Counted from the stretch's first letter, positions 46,367 through 57,139 are shown. The stretch: DNA of 64,000 nucleotides from an uncultured Candidatus Saccharibacteria bacterium (GCA_964600985.1 CAZRJR010000001.1:45319-109318); one strand, 5' to 3'. Made by a program: numbers and translations. Notes: generated by a model from the letters alone, not told the origin.

Positions 46367-48025
46367 ATGGATAATGCCGAAGTTATATACCTTGAAGTAG
46401 ATGCCGAGATTACCGAGGCGATAGATAAACTTAAGGCTGCAAAGGGTGACAGCGTAAAGCTAGTTGTGCCTGCGCGCTCAAGCTTGCTACAAAGTAGCGT
46501 AAATCTAAAACTGCTCAAAAAGTCCGCCAAGGACCATGGCAAAGAGCTGGCATTGGTCACGGGCGATAAGACCGCTACGTACTTGGCGGCAGGGGCTGGC
46601 TTGGCAGTGGCCAAGACGGTAAAGGCAGAGCCCAGAGTGCCAGAAGCAGTGCGTGAAGAAGCTGAGCCAGATATTGTAGAGCCCGAGGAATCAGCCGGAA
46701 AGGGTGGTGAGAGTAAATCAGGTAGTAAGTCTTCATCGAGCTCTGGTGGGGGCAAGAGCAGTAAAGCCAAGTCCGACGAGACGGTCGAAGAAGCAATTGT
46801 GTCCAAGCGTATGGTGGGCGAAGAGGATCTGGAGCCCAACGAGTCGGCTGTGAGTAAAAAGAAGGCCAAGGTGCCTAACTACAGCGCTTTCCAGAAGAAG
46901 TTGCTGGTAGCTGCTGGGGTAGTGGCCGCAATTGTGGTGGCGATTATACTGTTTATAACACTCCCAACTGCCAAGCTAATTGTGCTGGCTAAGGCCGATA
47001 AGCTGCCGATTAACTCTAACTTTGTGGTCGACGCTACGGCTACGCAGAACGACCCACAGGCACTTACCTACGCAGGACAAAAGCTCACTCTACAAAAGGA
47101 CCTTACGCAGAACTTTACTGCAACTGGCAAGAAGGATGTGGGCACGAAGGCTACTGGCACGGTTGCTATATCTAACTGTTCAAATTCAGACGACTTTACG
47201 ATTGCGGCGGGCACAGTACTTAGTTCAAGTGGTAAGAACTTTACGCTGAACTCGGCAGTTGCGGTGCCGGGCGCTAAGTTCTCAGGTGGAAACTGTTCGA
47301 AAGCAGGCGTAGCAAATGGCGCGATTACTGCGAGTGCCAATGGTGATAGTTATAATCTTGGCGGAGTTACCTTCTCGATTGCAGGTTATGATCCTAAGGT
47401 GAGCGCTAAAGGTTCCACATCTGGTGGTGCATCCAAAACTGTTACAGTGGTAACGCAGGCCGATATAGACGCGGCGACTCAGCAGGCAGTGGAAGCAGCG
47501 GCCAGCAAATCGCGCGATGAGTTGTTTGCTAAGGCAGGTAAGGACGGTGTGTTGTTCGAGGATACCCTGGCTACCAAGCAAGACTCCGTTACCTCGAGTG
47601 CGCCTGTTGGTAGCGAGGCTAGCAATGGCACGGTCACGGTTAAGGTAACTTACTCGGTCTACGAGACTACCAAGGAGACTATGAACTCACTCTTAAACAC
47701 TTTGGCCAAAGATGGATTGCCCAAGGGCGATCAGCAGCTGTATCAAAACGGTATCGACGACGCGGTCTATACCTTCGTAAAGAATGTGAGTGATACCCGC
47801 GTGCAAATGAATGTGGCCACCAGCGCCTACTATGGTCAGCGAATTGATACGGCGCAAATAGCCAAACAAACTGCCGGCAAGTCAAAAAAGGATGTGACTG
47901 CAATAGTGCAAAAGGATAACCCTAGTGTCGTCTCTACCGAGGTGAATAGTAATCCTTCGCTAATGCCTAGTATGCCTATGCTCAGTAGTCACATACACGT
48001 TATCATCAAGGTGAGTACGCAATAG
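46367..48025 (+). CDS. hypothetical bitopic membrane protein (acidic/Lys-rich cytoplasmic head, TM, large Ser/Thr/Gly-rich ectodomain)
   Basis: 552 aa with a TM segment near residue 190 (LLVAAGVVAAIVVAIILFITL). It lies directly downstream of the ftsA-like gene. Confidence 0.5.
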   Translation: MDNAEVIYLEVDAEITEAIDKLKAAKGDSVKLVVPARSSLLQSSVNLKLLKKSAKDHGKELALVTGDKTATYLAAGAGLAVAKTVKAEPRVPEAVREEAEPDIVEPEESAGKGGESKSGSKSSSSSGGGKSSKAKSDETVEEAIVSKRMVGEEDLEPNESAVSKKKAKVPNYSAFQKKLLVAAGVVAAIVVAIILFITLPTAKLIVLAKADKLPINSNFVVDATATQNDPQALTYAGQKLTLQKDLTQNFTATGKKDVGTKATGTVAISNCSNSDDFTIAAGTVLSSSGKNFTLNSAVAVPGAKFSGGNCSKAGVANGAITASANGDSYNLGGVTFSIAGYDPKVSAKGSTSGGASKTVTVVTQADIDAATQQAVEAAASKSRDELFAKAGKDGVLFEDTLATKQDSVTSSAPVGSEASNGTVTVKVTYSVYETTKETMNSLLNTLAKDGLPKGDQQLYQNGIDDAVYTFVKNVSDTRVQMNVATSAYYGQRIDTAQIAKQTAGKSKKDVTAIVQKDNPSVVSTEVNSNPSLMPSMPMLSSHIHVIIKVSTQ

Positions 48026-48444
48026 TGGGATTGCGTTCAGGGCAGTCCGTAGTTGCATTTGACTTTGGCAGTAAACGAATCGGTGTGGCTCTGGCTGAGT
48101 ATGGTTCTAGTCAGCCCCGACCGCTTACCACTCTCGATGCTACAATGAATCTATGGGCCCAGGTGGGCCATATACTGCGACAGCATAGCCCTGTAATTGT
48201 TGTGGTGGGATGGCCGCGTGGTCTGGATGGCCAGCGTACTGCGCAAACTCATGCTGCCGAAAATTTTGCCAAAGAACTCGAAGCCCGCTATAGTGTCGAG
48301 GTAGCCTTGCAAGACGAAGCACTGAGTAGCGAGGAAGCGCAGGGTAGACTGGACCCTAGGCTCGCAATTCGCAAGCAACGCCAGCTCGTTGATGCGATTG
48401 CTGCACAAGTTATATTGGAGGATTATTTGCGTGAGCATGCTTAA
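48025..48444 (+). CDS. ruvX: putative pre-16S rRNA nuclease / Holliday-junction-resolvase-like
   Basis: 139 aa with the N-terminal VVAFDFGSKRIGVALAE RNase-H-fold motif of the YqgF family. Confidence 0.8.
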   Translation: MGLRSGQSVVAFDFGSKRIGVALAEYGSSQPRPLTTLDATMNLWAQVGHILRQHSPVIVVVGWPRGLDGQRTAQTHAAENFAKELEARYSVEVALQDEALSSEEAQGRLDPRLAIRKQRQLVDAIAAQVILEDYLREHA

Positions 48445-49444
48445 GAAGATTATTTTAGCCAGCATAGGTATCGTGGGTATTGCTTTTGTAATCCTTGCAT
48501 CTCTTTGGGTGTTTGGCGTGTATGTACCGCAAAACAGCCAGGCTTCCAAGTCGGTGATCATCGAAATTTCCCCTGGTTCATCCATCAGCTCCATTGCCGA
48601 GACGCTTCATCGTAACAACATAATTAGCTCGGCGTTTATATTTAGTCTCTATGCTCGCACCAGCGGCAAGGGCGATAGACTTATTCCTGGCACTTACCAG
48701 TTTAAGGGTAGTATGAATATACCTCAGATTGTTGATTACTTAGCTAGTGGCCGAGTGGCTGCTCGCAAGATTACTGTGCCGGAAGGCTATACGGTGAACC
48801 AAATCGCCAGGCTATGGCAGGGTGCAGGATTTGGGAGTAGCGATGAGTTTATAGCTGCCGCGAGTAAGACGTACACTTACTCATTCCTGCCAGCTCCGGG
48901 AGGAAGCTACAGATACCAGGTAGAGGGCTATTTATTTCCGCTCACCTATAGTGTAAGTGTGAACGCTACTGCCGAGAGCTTCGTGCGCCAAATGTTGGCG
49001 GCTTTTGAGGCTCAAGCACTACCGACCATTACGCAGGGGCTGAGTTCGGGTGGTCAGCTCAAAACGGTGCAAGACGTAGTCACGCTGGCTTCCATCGTAG
49101 AGCACGAAGCGAATGACGTTGATAACCGCGGTAAGGTTGCCGGTGTGTTCCTGAACCGCTTAAGCCGTGGTATGGCCCTCGAGAGTGACGTAACGGTTGT
49201 ATACGCCACAGGCAATACGAACTTAACTGCCACTGATCTGTTGAGCCCATCTTTGTATAACACCCGATTGCGCAAAGGTCTGCCGCCAGGACCAATTTGT
49301 AATCCGAGTTTAGAAGCGATTCAGGCCGTGTTAAACCCGACTAAAACAGACTATATTTTCTTCCTGGCGGGCAAGGATGGCCAGGTATACTATGGTAAAA
49401 CTCTCCAGGAACATAACCAAAACATCGCTCGCTACCTAAAATAG
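48437..49444 (+). CDS. mltG: endolytic murein transglycosylase (YceG-like)
   Basis: An N-terminal TM segment is followed by the YceG-like domain with the Glu-containing segment LASIVEHEAN. The start is taken at MLKKIIL, overlapping the ruvX stop. Confidence 0.75.
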   Translation: MLKKIILASIGIVGIAFVILASLWVFGVYVPQNSQASKSVIIEISPGSSISSIAETLHRNNIISSAFIFSLYARTSGKGDRLIPGTYQFKGSMNIPQIVDYLASGRVAARKITVPEGYTVNQIARLWQGAGFGSSDEFIAAASKTYTYSFLPAPGGSYRYQVEGYLFPLTYSVSVNATAESFVRQMLAAFEAQALPTITQGLSSGGQLKTVQDVVTLASIVEHEANDVDNRGKVAGVFLNRLSRGMALESDVTVVYATGNTNLTATDLLSPSLYNTRLRKGLPPGPICNPSLEAIQAVLNPTKTDYIFFLAGKDGQVYYGKTLQEHNQNIARYLK

Positions 49445-49735
49445 GCATTTTATGCTTTATTTAAAGATAAAACGATGGGTTGACCGCTCGATTAGGCCGT
49501 GATAGACTTATCTACGTAACTCTACCAAGCATATCCAGTTCTTATGATGTGCAGCGGTAGATGAGCCTGCACCAGTTTGTCAGACAAGGAGTTTTAACGA
49601 AACAAAGGTCGAACCCTCTTGTCCTGGAATCAACTAGGAGAAAGACAAGCCGCAGTATGAACGCAGTTCTTTTTAGTTCAAACGCGTTAGAGGAGATGCT
49701 TTATTAGTAGAAAAGCACTTGGCCTCACCCTTAGA

Positions 49736-50908
49736 GTGCGTCACGAGTCATTCGTTGGCGTGGGAGGTAGCCATACTTTTTCGAAAATAAAAAACTCGCA
49801 CATTGCGGCTCAAACGGGCTCAGATGTGCAAAATAAAACTCGATTCTCTCAGGCTCAAACTGGCCTAACTCAAAAAATCCAACTCGATGCCCTTAAGCGT
49901 AAGGGAGGTGAGCACAAAGCAGGCTTTGCTCGTTTTGGTGTTCATGTTGCTGTCCTCGCAATGGTAGGCGTGTTTGTAGTGGCTGGCAGGTATACTCCAA
50001 GCTTTGCCCAAATGGGCGGGAGCGGGGCTGCGGTGCCTACAGCTGATCAGACTTCTGAGCTTGCTGCTGGCGCTGTAGTAGCCTCAGCTACCAATAGTGT
50101 AATTAAGGCTGATGTAGCCGAAATAGCCAACACTGCTAGCTCGCAAGTATATCTTGCTACAGCCGGTGATGGCTTCTTGGCTAAAAAGCAGCCTATACAG
50201 GTGTCCGCCCAAACGCACGATGTAGCCACCTACGCGGTTAAGAACGGCGATACGCTCTGGAGTATCTCGTCTCAGTTCAACATTACCACCGACACGATTA
50301 AGTGGGCCAACGACCTTAATGACGACAGTATTCTTAAGCCTGGCTCACAGCTTACCATTTTGCCCGTTAATGGCATTCTCTATGAGGCTAAGGGCGGTGA
50401 AGACTTGGGAGTACTCGCTACTAAATACCAGGCGAATGCGAGCATTATAGATAGCTTTAACGACCTTCAGGGTGCTGCACCAGTAGCTGGGACGAAGCTT
50501 ATTATTCCGGATGGGGTAATGCCGCAAGTAGCGAGTGTGGGCGCACCAACCGTGGCGAGACCTGCTGCGGTAGCGGCTGCTGCGTCTCCTGTGTTCTCTT
50601 ATCGTGGGAGCGGCAGTGGTTATACACCTGGCCAGTGCACGTGGTATGTGGCCTCACGACGTGCCATTCCTGGTAATTGGGGCAACGCCATTAGTTGGTA
50701 CTACAATGCTCAAGCAAGCGGCTATGCCGTGGGCGTTATACCTCGTGCTGGAGCAGTTGGCTGGGAACGCGGCATTAACCACGTAGTGTACGTAGAATCA
50801 GTTAACGGCGACGGTTCGGTCAATATTTCGGAAATGAACTTTAACTACCAAGCTGGGGTTCTTCACCGCCGCACTATGCCAGCTAGTGCCTTTCTCTACA
50901 TTTACTAA
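49736..50908 (+). CDS. LysM (x2) + CHAP peptidoglycan hydrolase, membrane-anchored
   Basis: It has a TM segment, two LysM-like repeats (YAVKNGDTLWSISSQFNITTDTIKWAN; YEAKGGEDLGVLATKY...) and a C-terminal CHAP domain (GQCTWYVASRR...HVVYVESV). It is paralogous to 17792..18694. Confidence 0.8.
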   Translation: MRHESFVGVGGSHTFSKIKNSHIAAQTGSDVQNKTRFSQAQTGLTQKIQLDALKRKGGEHKAGFARFGVHVAVLAMVGVFVVAGRYTPSFAQMGGSGAAVPTADQTSELAAGAVVASATNSVIKADVAEIANTASSQVYLATAGDGFLAKKQPIQVSAQTHDVATYAVKNGDTLWSISSQFNITTDTIKWANDLNDDSILKPGSQLTILPVNGILYEAKGGEDLGVLATKYQANASIIDSFNDLQGAAPVAGTKLIIPDGVMPQVASVGAPTVARPAAVAAAASPVFSYRGSGSGYTPGQCTWYVASRRAIPGNWGNAISWYYNAQASGYAVGVIPRAGAVGWERGINHVVYVESVNGDGSVNISEMNFNYQAGVLHRRTMPASAFLYIY

Positions 50909-50980
50909 ACATTCTTAATTTGCATTACAAACCCGCTTGGACACACGACCAAGCGGGTTTGTATAAGGTACAATGTATAA

Positions 50981-53128
50981 GTGACTATTCTCGATGATCT
51001 TAACGAAGCCCAACGCACTGCGGCCATTACGATTGATGGCCCAGTACTTATGTTGGCCGGAGCTGGGAGCGGTAAAACCAAGACGTTAACCCATCGTATA
51101 GCCTACTTGTTGCTCGAAAAGCGTGTGCAGGCAACGCAGATTTTGGCCGTGACCTTTACTAATAAAGCCGCTAGCGAAATGCGCGAACGTATTAGTACGC
51201 TCATGGGAGTGCGTGCTGACTCATGGAGTTTTTTGCCCTTTTTAGGTACCTTTCATGGTATCGCTAATAGAATATTGCGCCGCGAAGCTGAGTACATCGG
51301 CTACCCACCCAACTTTCTAATATACGACACCTCGGACAGCCAAGCCGTGATTAAGCGCATATTGCGAGATCGTCACCTGGACGAAAAAATGTACTCACCA
51401 GGTCTGATGCTCAATCTCATTTCATCAGCCAAGAACGAACTTCTCACTCCTGCCCAGTATAAAGACCTTGCGGCCGGCAAGATGCAAGAAATGGCGGCCG
51501 AAATCTATCCCGCATATCAGCGCGCACTCAAGGAAGCTGGTGCTATGGACTTTGACGATATGATCATGCAGTTTGTGCGCTTGCTGCGGGAGAATCCCGA
51601 GGTGCTGCAAAAGTACCAGAATCAATTCCGCTATATTATGGTCGATGAATACCAGGATACAAACCATGCTCAATACCAGCTCATTCGCATGTTGGCTGCG
51701 GCTCACCACAACATTTGCGTAGTTGGCGATGATTGGCAGAGTATTTATTCATGGCGGGGGGCTAATTACGAGAATATATTGAACTTCGAAAAGGACTATC
51801 CTGAGGTGCAGGTGGTTAAGCTGGAACAAAATTACCGTTCCACCCAGACTATCTTGGATGCCGCTCATAGTGTTATTACCAAGAACACATCTCGCAGTGA
51901 AAAGAAACTATGGACTGATTTGGGGGCGGGTAGTAAGATCATCTGCGAAACCGTCGGCGATGAGCAGCAAGAAGGCAGGTTTGTGGTGGAGGCCGTTACT
52001 CAGCTGCGCAATCAAGACCCTAGCTTGAGTCTCAGCGATTTTGCAGTACTGTATCGCACTAATGCTCAGTCACGTACGCTCGAAGAATCGTTCCTGCGCT
52101 ATAATATGCCTTACCAAATTATCGGTGGCGTGCGGTTCTACGAGCGGAAGGAAATTAAGGATATGCTGTCCTACCTGCGCTATATATATCAGCCAAGCGA
52201 CCTAGTGAGTTTGGCACGAATTATTAATCTGCCACCACGTGGCTTGGGCGAAAGTAGCTTAAGCAAGTTCTTTGCCTACGTGCGCGAACAAGGCGTGAGC
52301 GCTCTGGAGGCCATGACTGAGCCTAGTCAGATTCCTGGACTTACACCTCGAGCCGCTCGCAGCTTTGAGCAGTTCGCAACATTGGTTACGAGTTTGCGTG
52401 CCGACGTAGAGCGCCTCAATCTCGGGGGCCTTGTGGAGGTGGTATTACGCCGGAGTGGCTATCAAGACTGGCTGAGCGACGGTAGCGCGATTGCTGAAGA
52501 CCGGCTCGAGAACTTACAGGAGTTCATTGGCGTAGCTAAGTCGTACGACCATGTGGGCCTCGAGGACTTCTTGACCGAAATTGCCCTGATCGCCGACGTA
52601 GACCAGTACAAAAAGGGTGTAGAATCAGTCACACTCATGACGCTCCATGCCGCTAAGGGTCTGGAGTTTAATACGGTATTCATGGTGGGGATGGAGGAGG
52701 GAGTTTTTCCACACTCACGTACGTTCTTCGAGCCCATGGAGCTCGAAGAAGAGCGCCGCCTTTGCTATGTGGGTATGACGCGAGCCAAGCAGCGGCTGTA
52801 TATGGTGAGTGCGATGAGTCGCATGCTATATGGTACGAGTCAGCACAATGCTCCATCGCGGTTCTTGAGTGATATTCCAAGTGATTTAGTAACTATCCGC
52901 CAGCCAGCTCAGTTTGAATCCATGCCCTCGGTTTTCTCGAGCTTTATGGGCTCTACTCCCACAACTCAGCGCAGTGAATTCGACGCCAAGCAGGGCGATA
53001 AAGTCGTGCACCCAAAGTTTGGCGCAGGGGTAGTGGTAAGTCGTGATGGTCATGAGGTAGTAGTTCAATTTAACTCAGTTGGAAGCAAAACCTTGAATTT
53101 AGAATACGCTCCGCTCAGACGGGCTTAG
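50981..53128 (+). CDS. uvrD: UvrD/PcrA-family ATP-dependent DNA helicase
   Basis: Walker A is AGAGSGKT. Helicase motifs are present (DEYQDTN; VGDDWQSIYSWRGA; TLHAAKGLEF; YVGMTRAK). Confidence 0.9.
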   Translation: MTILDDLNEAQRTAAITIDGPVLMLAGAGSGKTKTLTHRIAYLLLEKRVQATQILAVTFTNKAASEMRERISTLMGVRADSWSFLPFLGTFHGIANRILRREAEYIGYPPNFLIYDTSDSQAVIKRILRDRHLDEKMYSPGLMLNLISSAKNELLTPAQYKDLAAGKMQEMAAEIYPAYQRALKEAGAMDFDDMIMQFVRLLRENPEVLQKYQNQFRYIMVDEYQDTNHAQYQLIRMLAAAHHNICVVGDDWQSIYSWRGANYENILNFEKDYPEVQVVKLEQNYRSTQTILDAAHSVITKNTSRSEKKLWTDLGAGSKIICETVGDEQQEGRFVVEAVTQLRNQDPSLSLSDFAVLYRTNAQSRTLEESFLRYNMPYQIIGGVRFYERKEIKDMLSYLRYIYQPSDLVSLARIINLPPRGLGESSLSKFFAYVREQGVSALEAMTEPSQIPGLTPRAARSFEQFATLVTSLRADVERLNLGGLVEVVLRRSGYQDWLSDGSAIAEDRLENLQEFIGVAKSYDHVGLEDFLTEIALIADVDQYKKGVESVTLMTLHAAKGLEFNTVFMVGMEEGVFPHSRTFFEPMELEEERRLCYVGMTRAKQRLYMVSAMSRMLYGTSQHNAPSRFLSDIPSDLVTIRQPAQFESMPSVFSSFMGSTPTTQRSEFDAKQGDKVVHPKFGAGVVVSRDGHEVVVQFNSVGSKTLNLEYAPLRRA

Positions 53129-53182
53129 AGGCTGCCTGTATCGCCTTGTAGCAATACAACTGTAGTGGTATAATGTCAATAT

Positions 53183-54466
53183 ATGTTTACAGATAATGTT
53201 ACAATTCGAGTCGTTGCCGGCAAAGGCGGTAATGGCAAAATGAGCTTCCGTTCGCGTCACGGCCAAGCCAAGGGCGGCCCCGATGGTGGTGATGGAGGTA
53301 ATGGTGGCGACGTAGTACTGCGCGCAGATAGTAATAACTCCACGCTGTCGAAGTTCCGATCGGCGCGCTTGTGGCAGGCTGACCCAGGTGTGGATGGCGG
53401 CTCCAATGACCGCAGGGGGCGGAATGCCGAAGCTCTCGTACTCACCGTACTACCCGGCACTAGTGTGTATCACGAGGGCGTCTTAATTGCCGACTTAGTA
53501 CACGATGGCGATGAGGCAGTCGTGGCACGAGGTGGCCGCGGCGGCTATGGCAATGCTCACTTTACATCCTCTACCCGCCAAGCTCCCAAAATATCCGAAC
53601 TCGGCGAACCAGGCGAAGAAAAGGACTTGCAGCTCGAGCTTAAATTGGTTGCCGACGTGGGCCTAGTGGGCTTACCTAACGCCGGTAAATCAACGTTACT
53701 GAGCGTAATCTCAAATGCTCGTCCACAAATCGCGGACTATCCCTTTACTACCCTAGTGCCCAATCTTGGCGTGGTGGACATGGATGGTAAGACATTCTTG
53801 GTCGCTGACATACCGGGCTTGATCAAAGGTGCAGCCGAGGGCAAAGGCTTGGGCGATGAATTCTTGCGTCACGTAGAGCGCACAAAGGTGCTGATCCATA
53901 TGATTGACGCAACAGCAAGCGATGTAGTGCAGGCTTACACTACTATCCAGCATGAGCTTCAGAATTACCGCATTAATCTGGCTGAATTGCCGCAGGTTTT
54001 GGTGCTTAATAAAGCTGATGGCTTGAGCCAAGAGGAACTCGATGCTAAGCGGCAGCTGCTAGCACAGGCAGCCGGACTAAAACCAGTCGATGTCATGGTG
54101 ATTTCGGCAGTTGCCAAGCAAGGGCTTGATGTGCTTCTGCGCAAAGTTATGCGCTTGCAGGAACAAATGGCGGAGCGCGAAGTGGCAGAACAGGCCCTCG
54201 AGCAAAAGTCTGAGTCAGCTATGCCGGTAATTCGCTTGCAAGATTCGAGTGACTTTTGGCAGGTACACAAGGTGGACGATACTACATTCGAGGTTCGTGG
54301 CACGGCACTCGAGGGTTTTGCAAAGCGCAGTAATTTGAATCAGTGGCAATCACGTGAGCGCTTGCTCGACATATTTAAGAAGCGCGGTGTATTGCGCGAG
54401 GTGCGGCGCCAGGGTGGTGGCGAAGGCGCTACTCTACGTATCGCTGGTAAGGAGCTGCAGTGGTAA
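53183..54466 (+). CDS. obg: GTPase Obg
   Basis: The Gly-rich Obg fold N-domain is present (GGNGKMSFRS...GGPDGGDGGNGGDV). The GTPase G1 motif is GLPNAGKST, with G3/G4 motifs and a C-terminal extension. Confidence 0.9.
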   Translation: MFTDNVTIRVVAGKGGNGKMSFRSRHGQAKGGPDGGDGGNGGDVVLRADSNNSTLSKFRSARLWQADPGVDGGSNDRRGRNAEALVLTVLPGTSVYHEGVLIADLVHDGDEAVVARGGRGGYGNAHFTSSTRQAPKISELGEPGEEKDLQLELKLVADVGLVGLPNAGKSTLLSVISNARPQIADYPFTTLVPNLGVVDMDGKTFLVADIPGLIKGAAEGKGLGDEFLRHVERTKVLIHMIDATASDVVQAYTTIQHELQNYRINLAELPQVLVLNKADGLSQEELDAKRQLLAQAAGLKPVDVMVISAVAKQGLDVLLRKVMRLQEQMAEREVAEQALEQKSESAMPVIRLQDSSDFWQVHKVDDTTFEVRGTALEGFAKRSNLNQWQSRERLLDIFKKRGVLREVRRQGGGEGATLRIAGKELQW

Positions 54467-55041
54467 GAATTAGCTACGAGGTGGCTGACACACTCATAGT
54501 AGCCGATACACAGCCAGATTTGTTTTCGCCAAAAGGTCTCGATATGGGCTCGCAACTACTTCTTGAAAGTGTAGCTAAACTAGGGGATTATAACAGCGCG
54601 CTGGATTGGGGTTGTGGCTGGGGGGCAATCGCGCTATGGCTGGCCAAGCACCAGCCGAAGAGCCACGTGGTGGCGCTTGATAGCGATATAGCGGCTGTTA
54701 CTACTACTCAATCAAATGCCCTGGCGGAAGGAATTGAGAACATCCAGGTTGTTGCCAGCCACGGCTATAGTGAAGTTAAGAATTCCAACCTTGATCTTAT
54801 TTGCTCAAATCCACCCACTCATCGCGGTCGCGAGGTGGTAGATAGTATGATTGCCGGATCGTTTGACCGACTTAAGCCCGGCGGAAAGCTCATTCTGGTA
54901 GTCGAAGCTCGCATTAAGCCTTGGGTGGCGCGCGAGATGACCAAAGTATTTGGTGGCTACAAGATTCTCAAGCGGGGCCCCAAGAACGTAGTGTTAATGT
55001 CATCCAAGCCAGACGGTTCTACTGGCACAGATATGCTATAA
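54460..55041 (+). CDS. class I SAM-dependent methyltransferase, RsmC/RlmG-like small-domain type
   Basis: Motif I is LDWGCGWGAIALWLA. LICSNPPTH is an NPPxH-type motif for N-methylation of nucleic acids. Confidence 0.65.
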   Translation: MVRISYEVADTLIVADTQPDLFSPKGLDMGSQLLLESVAKLGDYNSALDWGCGWGAIALWLAKHQPKSHVVALDSDIAAVTTTQSNALAEGIENIQVVASHGYSEVKNSNLDLICSNPPTHRGREVVDSMIAGSFDRLKPGGKLILVVEARIKPWVAREMTKVFGGYKILKRGPKNVVLMSSKPDGSTGTDML

Positions 55042-55294
55042 TTCTCTTATGGTAAATGTAAAAAAAGCCGACGAGTTTTTTAAAAAAGAAATTGATACAG
55101 CCGAGATCGAGACGAGCGCTCACTACACCTACCGTGATGGCTTTCGGTTGGGGTTAGGCTTTTTTGTAGGCTTCTTGTTGGGATCGGTAATTCTCACGGT
55201 TCTCGTGATGGTGCTAAGTAGCGTATTGCGCTGACGGCTACATGTTCGCTGGTTGATTTTTTGCTCGTTTTAGCGCACAATTGTTGCTTGGTGC

Positions 55295-55370
<76 letters not shown>

Positions 55371-55398
55371 GGGATTATACTAACGCGGAGGAACTTTC

Positions 55399-55833
55399 GT
55401 GGAAGAACGAATCAAGCAGTCGAGTCAAAAAGCTCGAGAAAAAGCAAGAGCATCCAGGCAAAAAGCTCGCGCCGTTGCTAAGAATCAAGCGAGTGGCTTT
55501 GCTACATTTATTCGCGAACAAGGCGTGGTAGGGCTGGCAGTCGGCTTTATTCTTGGTGCTGCAGTAGCTAAGGTAGTTACCTCGCTCGTAAACGACATTA
55601 TTAACCCCTTACTTGGCGGACTACTCGGTCAAGCAGGTGGGCTCAAGACTGCCACCCTCAAGGTTGGTTCGGCTACGGTGGCCTGGGGCAACTTTGTAGC
55701 TACACTCATCGACTTCACGATTATTGCTGCCATAGTTTACTTTGGGATTAAGATCCTGCGCTTAGACAGGATAGATGTAAAGGCCGAAAAACAACTGGCC
55801 AAGGTTGGTACCATCGAGGCCAAGCTTCCATAA
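55399..55833 (+). CDS. mscL: large-conductance mechanosensitive channel
   Basis: FATFIREQGVVGLAVGFILGAAVAKVVTSLVNDIINPLLG closely follows the MscL TM1 consensus. There is an extended basic N-terminus. Confidence 0.8.
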   Translation: MEERIKQSSQKAREKARASRQKARAVAKNQASGFATFIREQGVVGLAVGFILGAAVAKVVTSLVNDIINPLLGGLLGQAGGLKTATLKVGSATVAWGNFVATLIDFTIIAAIVYFGIKILRLDRIDVKAEKQLAKVGTIEAKLP

Positions 55834-55864
55834 CGAGGTTTGTGTTAAAATAGCTTCAATACGT

Positions 55865-57139
55865 ATGAAGCAAGCTGCAAAAAAAATTATTACCCGCCGG
55901 CTCACTCGCAAGCTAAAGCTGCTCCTTAGTACACACAAGCCAACGGTTGTAATGGTAACCGGAACAGTTGGCAAAACCAGTACTAAGGTCGCAATCGCAC
56001 AGGTGCTCGAGGCTGCTGGGCGCAAGGTGGGCTATACTGAAGACAGTTACAACAGCGACATTGGTTTGCCACTGAGTGTATTTGGGCTCAAGGTACCAGA
56101 CAGATTGGGCGATGTACGGGCGTGGCGTGGTATATTCAGAGAAATAGACAAGCAAATCGCGCAATTTAACTATGACACACTGGTGCTAGAAGTCGCCGAA
56201 GACGACCTTGAGCTTATGCTGCCGTTCGTGGAGCTTATTAAGCCAACCCTAGGTGTGGTTACGGGGGTTTCTTTAGCACACACTGCTCGCATGGGGGGGC
56301 TAGATAAGATCCTTGCTGATCTCAAGAAACTAACCAAACCGGTACCTAAACTCATTTGCAATGCGGACTTTGCTGAGCTACGCGCGGGATTTAAGCCAGT
56401 TGCCACATATGGTACCACTGCAAAGGCCGATGCTATGGTAGAGAGTGCCAAGCGAGCTACCGATGGCAAACTCACTGCGGAATTAAGACTATTTGGCTCT
56501 ACAGAGGTGGTTAAAACTCAGCTAGTCGGCCGCCATAGTGTGTCAGTACTCTTAGCTGCTAGTGTAGTAGCCCATGAGTTAGGGGTGGAGACGAAAGTAA
56601 TCGTGTCTGCCCTCGCTAAAATCACTGCAGTAAAAGGCCGCATGAACTTGCTGCCGGCCGTGAATGAGGCACAGTTAATCGATGATAGCTACAATGCAGC
56701 TAGCCCAGTTGGAGTGTTTGCTGCGCTCGATACCCTTAGTGAATTTAAAGGCCGCAAAATTGCAGTATTGGGCAATATGAATGAGCTTGGCACCAAGAGC
56801 GAGCAGGCACATCGTGAGGTCGGTGCTTACGCTGCAAACATTGCCGATATGGTAGTGGTAATCGGCCCTGATGCCGAAAAGTATCTCGCGTCTGCTGCAA
56901 TTGATGCTGGCATGGATAAGTCGGCGGTTAAGGTGTTCCATACACCCTACGAGGCCGGGCACTACTTGAAAAAGAAGGTTACTAAGGGTGATGTGGTATT
57001 GGTAAAGGGATCGCAGAACAAAGTTTTTTCGGAAGAAGTCAGCCGCATATTGCTCGATCCTAAACTCGATCCAGCTGATGTGCTGGTGCGTCAGTCAGAC
57101 TTTTGGAAGCGTAAAAAGAAAAAGGCGTTTGCACAATAG
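55865..57139 (+). CDS. murF: Mur ligase family protein, MurF-like (short N-terminus)
   Basis: The P-loop VMVTGTVGKTSTK is followed by NSDIGLPLSVF, which resembles the MurF NNxIGVPLT motif. The start is taken at the internal Met MKQAAKK to avoid overlapping mscL. Confidence 0.55.
   Translation: MKQAAKKIITRRLTRKLKLLLSTHKPTVVMVTGTVGKTSTKVAIAQVLEAAGRKVGYTEDSYNSDIGLPLSVFGLKVPDRLGDVRAWRGIFREIDKQIAQFNYDTLVLEVAEDDLELMLPFVELIKPTLGVVTGVSLAHTARMGGLDKILADLKKLTKPVPKLICNADFAELRAGFKPVATYGTTAKADAMVESAKRATDGKLTAELRLFGSTEVVKTQLVGRHSVSVLLAASVVAHELGVETKVIVSALAKITAVKGRMNLLPAVNEAQLIDDSYNAASPVGVFAALDTLSEFKGRKIAVLGNMNELGTKSEQAHREVGAYAANIADMVVVIGPDAEKYLASAAIDAGMDKSAVKVFHTPYEAGHYLKKKVTKGDVVLVKGSQNKVFSEEVSRILLDPKLDPADVLVRQSDFWKRKKKKAFAQ

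Noticed and set aside
49445-49735. c-di-AMP (ydaO-type) riboswitch in the 290-nt leader of the LysM-CHAP hydrolase gene
   Set aside because: These riboswitches commonly precede wall-hydrolase genes, but I could not recognise the conserved ydaO helices or ACGR motifs by eye. An Rfam scan would be needed.
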